Positions 56,120-64,000 of a stretch of 64,000 bases of DNA are shown in pieces (the stretch's first letter is position 1; each line of letters begins with the position of its first letter). The translations under genes and the position numbers were made by a program. The notes under the pieces are model-generated. The model was not told the DNA's origin. It was given only the letters and a program-made list of their open reading frames with translations, and made no database searches. The stretch covers positions 1-64,000 of the forward strand of contig CAZSYN010000013.1 of the NCBI GenBank assembly GCA_964610975.1, read 5' to 3'. The stretch comes from an uncultured Phycisphaeraceae bacterium (GTDB lineage Bacteria > Planctomycetota > Phycisphaerae > WQYP01).

Positions 56120-57541
56120 TCATACTTTAATTTTTTTCCATTTCCCGCGATGAAATACGACAGACATCACCACCGCGCGGAAATTCAGATCAAGAAAAAT
56201 GCCGACCCACACGGCCGTAAGCGCCAGGTGCGGCTTGCCGATGCTCTGAAAATACCACAGCACGGCAAAGAGTACCGGTATACGAATGAGGAAAGTACCG
56301 ATGACCGTTGAGAGCATCGGCCACACCGTTTCGCCGGCGCCTTTAAGACCGCCTGACATACAGATGGCGTAGGCAAACCCCGGCTGCGCCAGACCGGCAA
56401 TCACCATCGGGATTGCGCCGGTATCAAGAACCGCCGGCGCGGGCACCAGCAGCGAGAGCATGAATCGCGGAAACACAACCATCGGCACGGCCGCGACGGT
56501 CATGGTAATCAGTGCAAATCGTTTGGCGATATGCGCCGCGCGCACAGCCTGATCAATTTGCAGCGCGCCCAGGTAGCGCCCCACCAATGAGGATGCGGCG
56601 ATACCAAAACCAAATCCCGGCAGAAACGCCAAAGACTCCACGCGCAGCACCGCGTTATGCGCCGCAAGCGTGACGCCATGATCGTTATGCGCATTAATCG
56701 CAAAGATCACCACCAGGAATTGTCCTGTCCATAATAATACGCCTTCGGCCCAGCTTGGCAGGCCGATCTTCAGTACGCGCGAAAGCACATGCGGCACAAT
56801 GCGAAAATGCCGCAGCTCAATTTTGAGTCGCGTTTTTCGCGAAAGCAGCAGCGTCAGCGTGGCCACGCCGCCGACAAGAAACGCCAGCATTGTGCCAAAC
56901 GCATTGCCGCGAATGCCCCATGCCGGCATGCCAAAATGACCAAAAGTAAATGTGCTTGCCGTGACAAGATTGGTCAGCGCCACCACTCCCGTGATCACCA
57001 TTGGCGCAACGGTATTGCCTGCGCCGCGCAATGCGGCCAGGCCAATGCCAGAGGTAACTCCCAGGGCAATAGTGATCGTCATGATATGCATATATTGCGT
57101 GGCATATTCCGCCGCCAGATCGCGCAGGCCGCAGGCATACGATACCTGCGGCGCAAAGATGAATAATCCCGCCGCGACGATCAGCCCGACAATAAATGCC
57201 GCCGCCACGCACGTACCGGCCGTTCTGTTGGCCACGCGAGGCCGGCGCGCGCCAACCGCGCGCGCCACAATGGCCGTTGCGCCCACGCCCAAAGCGGAGG
57301 TCATCAGTCCGCTGAACCACTGTAGGTACGTCATCATGCCGATGGCAGCCGATGCGGACGCCACAGTGTCAGGGTTATCCGAAATATGCCCGGCAATCCA
57401 CGTATCCGTCAGGCTGATCACCGCTTGCAGCAATGATTCGCCGATGGCCGGCAGCGAGAGCATCAGCACGCTCCGGGCCGTGGCGACCGGCGGCAACCCC
57501 AGCGGCATGCGGGTTTCCGCTTGTGCTGACAGATTCAGCAT
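56120..57541 (-). CDS. MATE family efflux transporter
   Basis: 12-TM MATE architecture. Start set at ATG MLNLSAQ; the ORF-track start at 57619 is a GTG and 57508 is another candidate. Confidence 0.8.
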   Translation of the reverse strand: MLNLSAQAETRMPLGLPPVATARSVLMLSLPAIGESLLQAVISLTDTWIAGHISDNPDTVASASAAIGMMTYLQWFSGLMTSALGVGATAIVARAVGARRPRVANRTAGTCVAAAFIVGLIVAAGLFIFAPQVSYACGLRDLAAEYATQYMHIMTITIALGVTSGIGLAALRGAGNTVAPMVITGVVALTNLVTASTFTFGHFGMPAWGIRGNAFGTMLAFLVGGVATLTLLLSRKTRLKIELRHFRIVPHVLSRVLKIGLPSWAEGVLLWTGQFLVVIFAINAHNDHGVTLAAHNAVLRVESLAFLPGFGFGIAASSLVGRYLGALQIDQAVRAAHIAKRFALITMTVAAVPMVVFPRFMLSLLVPAPAVLDTGAIPMVIAGLAQPGFAYAICMSGGLKGAGETVWPMLSTVIGTFLIRIPVLFAVLWYFQSIGKPHLALTAVWVGIFLDLNFRAVVMSVVFHRGKWKKIKV

Positions 57542-57773
57542 TTGCGCATCAACGGCCGTACCCGAAGGGTCCGGAACAGCCGGCGCTTTAAGATGACTTA
57601 TTTTGACCTGCTGTGACACAAATACTCCGCCTGTGCGTATATTGATGCTATTCTATAAAGAGCGCCATGTTATGCCCAGTTCCGCAATGCGCCAATGGCC
57701 GTTTTCTCCGGCAACTTGCCAGTTATCGCAACTTCTCTGAGAATAGGAGCCTCTTTCTTCTGGAGAGAACTGA

Positions 57774-58826
57774 ATGTTGAATCGCGCTGCCTCCCTGACG
57801 TTGACGGCGGTTTTGCTTGGTATGTTCTGCTGGCTTTCGGTTGCGGTGGCGCAATCACCCACGCCCACCACGCGCAGGGAAAAAAGTTACCAGATCCGCG
57901 GTTTTTCAATGCAGCTCAATAATCCGCACGGTACGGACGAGTATCTCAAGGCCGTTGATGATATTCATGCCCTGGGATGTACAGCCATCAATTTTGTCAT
58001 CGCGGCGCGACAGGAAAGCGTTAAAAGCAGCGAAGTCCGCATCAACTGGCAAAATCTTCCGCCGGCCGCGGACATTCAGAAAATTCTCAAGCACGCCAAA
58101 TCGCGCGGCATTTATACGATTCTCATGCCGATTGTTCTGCTTGATAACGCCGGCGCAAAAGAATGGCGCGGCGTCATTAATCCGGAAGACTGGGATCAGT
58201 GGTTCTGGAATTACGGCCAGTACATGAAGACAGCCGCCACTTTGGCGCGCCGCAGCGATGTTGACCTCTTGTGCGTCGGTTCTGAGTTGCTCTCAACCGA
58301 AACCATGCGCGCGCGCTGGCTCAATATCATCGCGGCCATCAAGGAAAACTACAAAGGCAAACTGACCTACAGCGCCAACTGGGATCATTACGAAATTCCC
58401 ACATTCTGGGATCAGCTTGATTACATCGGCATGAACAACTACAACGAACTCGCCAAAGGCACCGGCGCAAGCATCGCCACGCTCAACAAGAACTGGGAGC
58501 CGATCAAGAAAAAGATTTTCGCATTCTGCGAAAAGCAAAAGAAGCCATTCCTCTTTACTGAAGTCGGCTGGCACAATCTCGAAAATACCATTGAGGAACC
58601 GTGGAATTACGTCGCAGACGGCAAAATTAATCTTGATGAGCAGAAACATGCCTACGAAAGCTTCGTAGACACGTGGCAAAACGTCCCGACACATCGCTTT
58701 ATGGGCGCGCTGGTATGGGAATGGCGCCCCGGCGCAAACGGCATCAAAGATCACGGCAGCTATTCTCTTCAGGGCACGCCGGCCATGGAGATTGTCAAGC
58801 GATGGATGCGCGAGCAACCCAAATAG
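57774..58826 (+). CDS. Secreted putative glycoside hydrolase, clan GH-A-like TIM barrel (family unassigned)
   Basis: GGAGAG Shine-Dalgarno; signal peptide; conserved acidic motifs CVGSELL and FTEVGW at clan GH-A-like spacing; Trp-rich substrate-binding-like segments. Confidence 0.5.
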   Translation: MLNRAASLTLTAVLLGMFCWLSVAVAQSPTPTTRREKSYQIRGFSMQLNNPHGTDEYLKAVDDIHALGCTAINFVIAARQESVKSSEVRINWQNLPPAADIQKILKHAKSRGIYTILMPIVLLDNAGAKEWRGVINPEDWDQWFWNYGQYMKTAATLARRSDVDLLCVGSELLSTETMRARWLNIIAAIKENYKGKLTYSANWDHYEIPTFWDQLDYIGMNNYNELAKGTGASIATLNKNWEPIKKKIFAFCEKQKKPFLFTEVGWHNLENTIEEPWNYVADGKINLDEQKHAYESFVDTWQNVPTHRFMGALVWEWRPGANGIKDHGSYSLQGTPAMEIVKRWMREQPK

Positions 58827-58914
58827 GAAAACGCGAAAGACGAACAGCGAAACGCCAAACAGAGGACGCAACCTGCATGGGTTTCGCGTTTTGAGTTTCG
58901 TCTTTCGCGTTTTT
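58827..58914. repeat. Palindromic ACGCGAAA-unit element (family copy 3 of 3)
   Basis: GAAAACGCGAAAGACGAACAGCGAAACGCCAAAC ... GTTTCGCGTTTTGAGTTTCGTCTTTCGCGTTTTT, directly after the stop codon of the hydrolase gene. Confidence 0.75.
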
Positions 58915-59002
58915 CCCCCTCTTCTGGACGTATCGCTCGCAAAATGCGAAAATAACGATCTTTGTGATTGTCCCTTGATGGCTGTGAACGAAAGGATTCC
59001 TC

Positions 59003-60784
59003 GTGATCAAAAGATCGCACATGTGCGGTACGCTTCGTAAAAGCAATGTTGGCCAGGAAGTTACGCTTTCCGGCTGGGTTAATTCGTACCGTGATCACGG
59101 CGGCGTGGTGTTTATTGACCTGCGCGACCGCAGCGGCATCACCCAGATCGTTTTTCATCCGGATCATGCCGACGCCCACAAAATCGGCGGCGTGCTGCGC
59201 AACGAAGATGTTGTCAGCGTCAAGGGAAAAGTCGATGCGCGCGACGGCCACAATATCAACCCCAAAATGGTCACCGGCGAAATTGAAGTGAATGTGACGG
59301 TTGCCGAACTGGTCAACAAGGCCGATCCGGTACCGTTTACGCCCTCGCAGCGTGAGCCGGTCAACGAAGATACGCGCCTGAAGTATCGCTATCTTGATAT
59401 CCGCCGGCGCGAGATGACCGATGCGCTGGTCACGCGCCACAAGATCGTCAAGATCATGCGTGATTACTGTGATGAGCATGGTTTTGTAGAAATTGAGACG
59501 CCGATCCTCTACAAGAGCACGCCGGAAGGCGCGCGCGAGTTTCTTGTGCCTTCGCGACTTCAGGCCGGCAGTTTTTACGCCCTTCCGCAAAGCCCCCAGC
59601 TCTTTAAGCAGGTGCTGATGGTCGGCGGAATGGATCGCTATATGCAGATCGCCCGTTGCTTCCGCGATGAGGATCTGCGCGCTGATCGCCAGCCTGAATT
59701 TACTCAGCTTGATCTTGAGATGAGCTTTATTGACCGCGAAGAAGTCATCAAGCTCATCACGGATCTGATTGTGCGTTTGTGGAAAAAAATTCTCAATGTT
59801 GATCTGCCGGCGCCCTTCCTGATCATGCCTTATCAGGAAGCAATGGATCGTTTCGGCATTGACCGACCTGACATGCGTTACGGCCTTGAGCTTAAGGATG
59901 TTTCGCACTGGGCCACCACCACGGAAGCCGGCGTGCTTAAAGGCGCCGTTGATTCCGGCGGCAAGGTCAAGGTGATCAATGTTCCGGGCGGCGCGGCGCT
60001 TTCCCGCAAACAAATTGACGGGCTGACTGACGAAGCCAAAAAGTTCGGCGCCAAAGGACTTGCCTACCTCAAACTCGGCGGCGACGCCGGCGCAGGCAAT
60101 ATGTCCGGTCCGCTGGCCAAATTTATTTCGCCGGAAAAACAGGCCGAGCTTCGCGCTCTGGCCGACGCCAAAGACGGCGACATGATTCTCTTCTGCGCCG
60201 ATAAGGAAGCGGTCTGCTGGCGCGTGCTGGGCGAACTTCGCCAGCAGCTTGCCCGCACGCTCAACCTCATACCGGAAAATGTCTACAAATTTCTGTGGGT
60301 TGTGGACTTCCCGAGCTTTGAATTTGACGCCGAAAGCGGCCGGTATATCGCCAAGCATCATCCGTTTACCGCGCCAAAGGACGAAGATTTGCCGCTGCTT
60401 GATAAAGACCCGTCACAGGTTCACGCCAAAGCATATGACATTGTGCTCAACGGCATTGAGCTTGGCGGCGGATCAATTCGTATTCATCAGCGAGATATTC
60501 AGAGCAAAATTTTCGGCCTGCTGGGCATCTCTCCGGAAGACGCGCAACGTAAATTCGCATTCCTGCTTGATGCTCTGCGCTTCGGCGCCCCGCCGCATGG
60601 CGGCATCGCGCTTGGCCTTGATCGCCTGGTGATGCTGATGCTGAATCGCGCCAGCATTCGCGATGTCATCGCGTTTCCGAAAACTCAGTCGGGCACGGAT
60701 ATGATGACCGAAGCGCCAAGCCCGGTTGAGCCCAAACAGCTTAAGGAGTTGTCAATTGCCACGGTGACGGCGCCCAAGAAGTAA
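59003..60784 (+). CDS. aspS: Aspartate--tRNA ligase
   Basis: 593 aa; class II aaRS motifs; N-terminal OB fold GQEVTLSGWVNSYRDHGGVVFIDLRDRSG; bacterial insertion domain present. GTG start with AAGGA Shine-Dalgarno. Confidence 0.9.
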   Translation: MIKRSHMCGTLRKSNVGQEVTLSGWVNSYRDHGGVVFIDLRDRSGITQIVFHPDHADAHKIGGVLRNEDVVSVKGKVDARDGHNINPKMVTGEIEVNVTVAELVNKADPVPFTPSQREPVNEDTRLKYRYLDIRRREMTDALVTRHKIVKIMRDYCDEHGFVEIETPILYKSTPEGAREFLVPSRLQAGSFYALPQSPQLFKQVLMVGGMDRYMQIARCFRDEDLRADRQPEFTQLDLEMSFIDREEVIKLITDLIVRLWKKILNVDLPAPFLIMPYQEAMDRFGIDRPDMRYGLELKDVSHWATTTEAGVLKGAVDSGGKVKVINVPGGAALSRKQIDGLTDEAKKFGAKGLAYLKLGGDAGAGNMSGPLAKFISPEKQAELRALADAKDGDMILFCADKEAVCWRVLGELRQQLARTLNLIPENVYKFLWVVDFPSFEFDAESGRYIAKHHPFTAPKDEDLPLLDKDPSQVHAKAYDIVLNGIELGGGSIRIHQRDIQSKIFGLLGISPEDAQRKFAFLLDALRFGAPPHGGIALGLDRLVMLMLNRASIRDVIAFPKTQSGTDMMTEAPSPVEPKQLKELSIATVTAPKK

Positions 60785-60976
60785 GCATGGCGAAAGAATC
60801 TTCGCAAAAGCTTATAGCGCAGGCAATGCGACCAATTTGTAGGTTATTCATAACTCTTTGAGATTGCGTAGCGTGAGCATTGCTCATGATTCAGGCAGCG
60901 ATAAATTGGGAATGGGCCGGTAAAGTTCATTCTCAAAATCGCTACCATTTTTCTAAAAGACCGGCATAATGCTGAC

Positions 60977-62413
60977 ATGAATCGTCCACGAACCAAATTC
61001 GTTGCAACACTGGGACCCGCCTGCGCTACGCCCGAGGTGCTGCCAAAGCTCCTTGAGGCCGGTGTCTCCGTTTTGCGTCTCAATTTTTCTCACGGCACTG
61101 AAGAGCAGCGCCTGGCCTACCTGAAGGTGGTCCGTGAGGTCGTCAAAGATCATCCCGTGGCCATCATGGGTGACCTCTGCGGACCTAAAATCCGCATCGG
61201 CGCGATTGAAAATAACGCGATGCCGATCAAAAAAGGCGATGTGGTCACCATTCAGCGCGAGACCATTGTCGGCAAAGATTATGTCATCAGCAGCAATTAT
61301 GATCACCTGATTGACGATCTTGAAGTCGGCCAGCGCGTGCTGATTGATGACGGCAACGTCCGCATGATCGTGGTGGAGAAACAGCAGGATCTGGTTCGCT
61401 GCCAGATCACGCTGGGCACGTTACTGCAAAGCAACAAGGGCCTTAATCTCCCCAATACGCAGGTGGCATTGCCAAGCGTCACCAAGAAGGACTGGCATGA
61501 TATTGACTTTGCCATTGAGCAGGGTCTTGATTATGTCGCGCTGAGTTTTGTGCGCACCGCCAGCGAAATTGAGCAGGTTAAGCAATACATCAAGTCGCGC
61601 GGCGCCAACATCGGCGTTGTCTCAAAAGTAGAAAAACCGCAGGCCGTTGATGATCTTGACAGCATCATCGCGGTTTCGGATGTTGTGCTTGTGGCGCGCG
61701 GCGATCTTGGCGTCGAAATGGATCTTACGGCCGTGCCGGTGATTCAAAAACGCATCGTCTCGGCATGTCACGAAGCCGGCAAACCGGTGATCGTGGCCAC
61801 GCAAATGCTTCAGAGCATGGTTGATAACGCAACGCCTACGCGTGCGGAAGTCAGCGATGTGGCAAACGCCATTCTTGACGGCGCCGATGCGTGCATGCTC
61901 TCCGGCGAGACGGCCGTGGGCAAATACCCCGTCGGCGCGGTGCTGGTGCTTCAGCAAATCGCCGAGCAAACCGAAGAATACATTGCCCGCAACAAAATTG
62001 AGTACCCGGCGCCCAAAATTCTTCAAAAAACACAGCACCGTACCGCGGCCATCGCGCACGGATGTAAAACGATTGTTGAAGATCTCAACGCCAAAATGGT
62101 GGTCGTCTGGTCACAGGCCGGCGGCTCTGCGCGGTATCTTTCTAAAAACCGCATGGGCGTGCCGATCATGGCTTTCTCAACTGATTCAGCAGCGGTCCGG
62201 CGCATGTCCATGTTTTATGGCGTAAAGCCGTTTATCGCTGAATTGCCAAAACATTTTGATGATCTGCCGGCCATGATCAACACCCTGCTGCTGAAAAATG
62301 GCTACGCACATGACGGTGACAAAGTGGTGATCGTCGCAGGCGCGCCGCTGGGGATTGTCGGCGTCACCAACAGCCTCAGCGTTCACACCGTGATCACCGG
62401 CTATCAGAAATAA
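60977..62413 (+). CDS. pyk: Pyruvate kinase
   Basis: MNRPRTKFVATLGPA N-terminus, MVARGDLGVE active-site motif, C-terminal allosteric domain; 478 aa. Confidence 0.9.
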   Translation: MNRPRTKFVATLGPACATPEVLPKLLEAGVSVLRLNFSHGTEEQRLAYLKVVREVVKDHPVAIMGDLCGPKIRIGAIENNAMPIKKGDVVTIQRETIVGKDYVISSNYDHLIDDLEVGQRVLIDDGNVRMIVVEKQQDLVRCQITLGTLLQSNKGLNLPNTQVALPSVTKKDWHDIDFAIEQGLDYVALSFVRTASEIEQVKQYIKSRGANIGVVSKVEKPQAVDDLDSIIAVSDVVLVARGDLGVEMDLTAVPVIQKRIVSACHEAGKPVIVATQMLQSMVDNATPTRAEVSDVANAILDGADACMLSGETAVGKYPVGAVLVLQQIAEQTEEYIARNKIEYPAPKILQKTQHRTAAIAHGCKTIVEDLNAKMVVVWSQAGGSARYLSKNRMGVPIMAFSTDSAAVRRMSMFYGVKPFIAELPKHFDDLPAMINTLLLKNGYAHDGDKVVIVAGAPLGIVGVTNSLSVHTVITGYQK

Positions 62414-62429
62414 CAAGGATATCATCGCC

Positions 62430-62840
62430 ATGAAAAAATCAGCCGGATTTCCGGGGATCGCGGCCACAGGATGCCTGATCACTCTGGCGGCATTCGCGTT
62501 GCTTTTCTCGGCGGGCTGCGGCGGCAAACATCGCTATCCTGATCCGTATCCCGGCTGGCACGCCGCCGACTACAGTGTAGTCTTCGGCCGACTTCAGCGC
62601 ATACCCGGCAAATCCGCGGAAGATCCGCCATTTTGGGTGATCCTTTACGGCTTTCCCAAAACCGATAACTACACCGGCAAACTCAACCTGATGCCGCCGG
62701 AAAAACTCATCGGTTACCGTGGCGGCGAACTTGTTGAACTTCGCGGCCAGCTCAATACCGGTTATCAGCATCCCGACATCGGCGGCACATGGTATAACGT
62801 TCAGGCCATCCGGCTCTGGAATGGCCAATTGCCGCAGTAA
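62430..62840 (+). CDS. Hypothetical lipoprotein (136 aa)
   Basis: Signal with lipobox LFSAGCGG; followed by a strong terminator. Confidence 0.5.
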   Translation: MKKSAGFPGIAATGCLITLAAFALLFSAGCGGKHRYPDPYPGWHAADYSVVFGRLQRIPGKSAEDPPFWVILYGFPKTDNYTGKLNLMPPEKLIGYRGGELVELRGQLNTGYQHPDIGGTWYNVQAIRLWNGQLPQ

Positions 62841-62862
62841 AAAATTGATCATCACGAATCTT

Positions 62863-62900
62863 AAAAAGGCGACATGCTCACATGTCGCCTTTTTTGTTTT
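62863..62900 (+). terminator. Rho-independent terminator AAAAAGGCGACATG-CTCA-CATGTCGCCTTTTTTGTTTTT
   Basis: Perfect 14-bp stem plus T-run. Confidence 0.85.
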
Positions 62901-63005
62901 TATCGGACAAACCATTTTTAATTTGCCCTATTCGGATCTGAATTGAAAACTACACCTGTTGCGAATGCTATAAACGGCATTTGGCATAAGTGGCGTTAAT
63001 TATAA

Positions 63006-63154
63006 GCCCCGCTCCTTTACGGGGCGGGGCACAATGGATGTGCGAACGATCAAAAGCCTATTGAGTGCGTCATCATGTGTGAACGATTCGTTGCGATCAT
63101 GAGCAATTGCCAGCGATGACGGGTTTGTGCCCCATCCTATAAAAGGAATGGGGC
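63006..63154. repeat. Second copy of the MITE core (REP hairpin - conserved ~100-bp segment - REP hairpin), lacking the 19-bp TIRs
   Basis: GCCCCGCTCC-TTTAC-GGGGCGGGGC at 63006-63030 and GCCCCATCC-TATAAAA-GGAATGGGGC at 63129-63154. Internal blocks GCACAATGGATGTGCGAACGAT, CATCATGTGTGAACG and GATCATGAGCAAT are shared with 15464-15612. Confidence 0.7.
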
Positions 63155-63186
63155 TTGGTTTTACAAACGGCACCAGCGGAGCGCGT

Positions 63187-64000
63187 ATGCAAATCAGCAG
63201 TGATCTCAGTTCGCTTGTCACGCTCAATCTGATGAGCCGCACCCGCAATGCGCAGTTAAACACGCTGCGCCAGCTTTCTACCGGAAATCGCATCAACTCC
63301 GGCGCCGATGATCCGGCAGGCCTGATTGCCAGCCAGAAACTCGCACAGGAAATGGCCAGCAACAATGCGGCCGTAACCTCGGCCCAACGCGCCAGCAGCA
63401 AAGCCGCCACCGCCGATGCCGCGGCCGGTCAAATCACGGGCATGCTCAGCAGGATACAGTCGCTACAGGTTGCCAATGCGGGCAATACGATCTCAGCATC
63501 ACAAAAAGCCGCCAACCAAATGCAGATCAGCTCTCTGCTGTCAAACATTGATCGCGTCGCCAGCGGCAGCATTTACGCCGGCCACCAGTTGCTCACCGGC
63601 ACGGCAACGCTCAGCGCCGGCGGTTCGTCAACGGATATCCCAAGCTTCAGCACCATGTCTCTGGGAACCACAACCGACAGCGGCGGCACAACCTATACGC
63701 TGGCGGATCTGTACACGGCCGGGCGCCTTTCTTCCGGCAGCGATCCGGAACTCGCCGGCCAGGTCATCAGCCAGGCGATCAAAGACGCATCCCAGGCGCG
63801 CGGCGGCATCGGCGCTTTTCAGACCAACCAAATCGAGACAACCATCAACAGCCTCACGGCCGCAAGTATCAACATGTCATCCTCATACTCAAGCATCGCC
63901 GATACGGACTACGCCAGCGGTTATGTCACACTGATGCAGCAAAGTCTGCAACTTCAAGCGCAGACCAAAGTGCTGAGCATGCAGAATAAACAGCAGCAAT
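63187..64000 (+). CDS. Flagellin-domain protein (flagellin or hook-associated FlgL-like), 3' end beyond window
   Basis: Manual translation (not in ORF track because no in-window stop): MQISSDLSSLVTLNLMSRTRNAQLNTLRQLSTGNRINSGADDPAGLIASQKLAQEM matches the flagellin N-terminal helical domain. The C-terminal ASQARGGIGAFQTNQIETTINSL ... DTDYASGYVTLMQQSLQLQAQTKVLSMQN matches the flagellin C-terminal domain. Confidence 0.7.
   Translation, partial: MQISSDLSSLVTLNLMSRTRNAQLNTLRQLSTGNRINSGADDPAGLIASQKLAQEMASNNAAVTSAQRASSKAATADAAAGQITGMLSRIQSLQVANAGNTISASQKAANQMQISSLLSNIDRVASGSIYAGHQLLTGTATLSAGGSSTDIPSFSTMSLGTTTDSGGTTYTLADLYTAGRLSSGSDPELAGQVISQAIKDASQARGGIGAFQTNQIETTINSLTAASINMSSSYSSIADTDYASGYVTLMQQSLQLQAQTKVLSMQNKQQQ

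Noticed and set aside
63416-63934. 172-aa ORF in track (MPRPVKSRACSAGYSRY...)
   Set aside because: Out of frame with, and overlapping, the flagellin-like reading frame that has clear N- and C-terminal flagellin domain similarity. Pro/Arg/Ala-rich composition indicates an alternative-frame artifact.
1-64000. CRISPR array, rRNA, prophage or toxin-antitoxin pair
   Set aside because: No array of regularly spaced direct repeats with unique spacers (the repeat families found are palindromic and dispersed). No rRNA-like conserved stretches, no phage structural or integrase genes, and no small adjacent TA-like ORF pairs were seen.

Overview
The window is 64 kb of chromosomal DNA at roughly 55-58% GC from a Gram-negative bacterium, most likely of the PVC superphylum (Planctomycetes/Verrucomicrobia/Lentisphaerae/Kiritimatiellae-like). 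The indicators are a PEP-CTERM protein, two DUF1559-type pseudopilins (prepilin N-methylation signal FTLIELLVVV), ribosome-binding sites that are often weak or absent, and alternative GTG/TTG start codons. Most genes are housekeeping: cyclophilin, hldD, aroC, panD, aspS, pyk, hrpA, yebC, sppA, dacB, tRNA-Pro, and a marR-emrA-emrB-like efflux operon. One locus (3.1-14 kb) is devoted to glycan degradation under a LacI-family regulator. It holds a GH81 endo-beta-1,3-glucanase, a PEP-CTERM beta-helix-like protein, a clan GH-A hydrolase whose C-terminal ~170-aa domain also exists as a standalone secreted paralog immediately next door, and a GHL6/GH42-like enzyme. The same 15-bp palindrome TGAAACA-N-TGTTTCA occurs in two promoters of this locus. 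The most distinctive signals are non-coding repeats. (i) A REP family (GCCCCAxCCC-TTTAC-GGGxTGGGGC) with at least 7 copies, two of which flank in inverted orientation an AT-rich HUH (IS200-like) gene, giving a classic REP-RAYT unit at 37.5-38.2 kb. (ii) A ~205-bp MITE-like element with perfect 19-bp terminal inverted repeats at 15.43 kb, whose ~150-bp core recurs at 63.0 kb directly upstream of a flagellin-like gene. (iii) Three copies of a ~90-bp palindromic element built from ACGCGAAA units. (iv) ~90-bp inverted repeats flanking the complete hrpA gene. Other notable items are a 34-aa lysine/alanine-rich histone-H1-like ORF upstream of an orphan ParA, and an anaerobic sulfatase-maturase-like radical SAM enzyme carrying a C-terminal SEC-C zinc motif with no sulfatase in the window. 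No CRISPR array, prophage or rRNA was seen. Long antisense ORFs in the six-frame track are treated as GC-driven artifacts.
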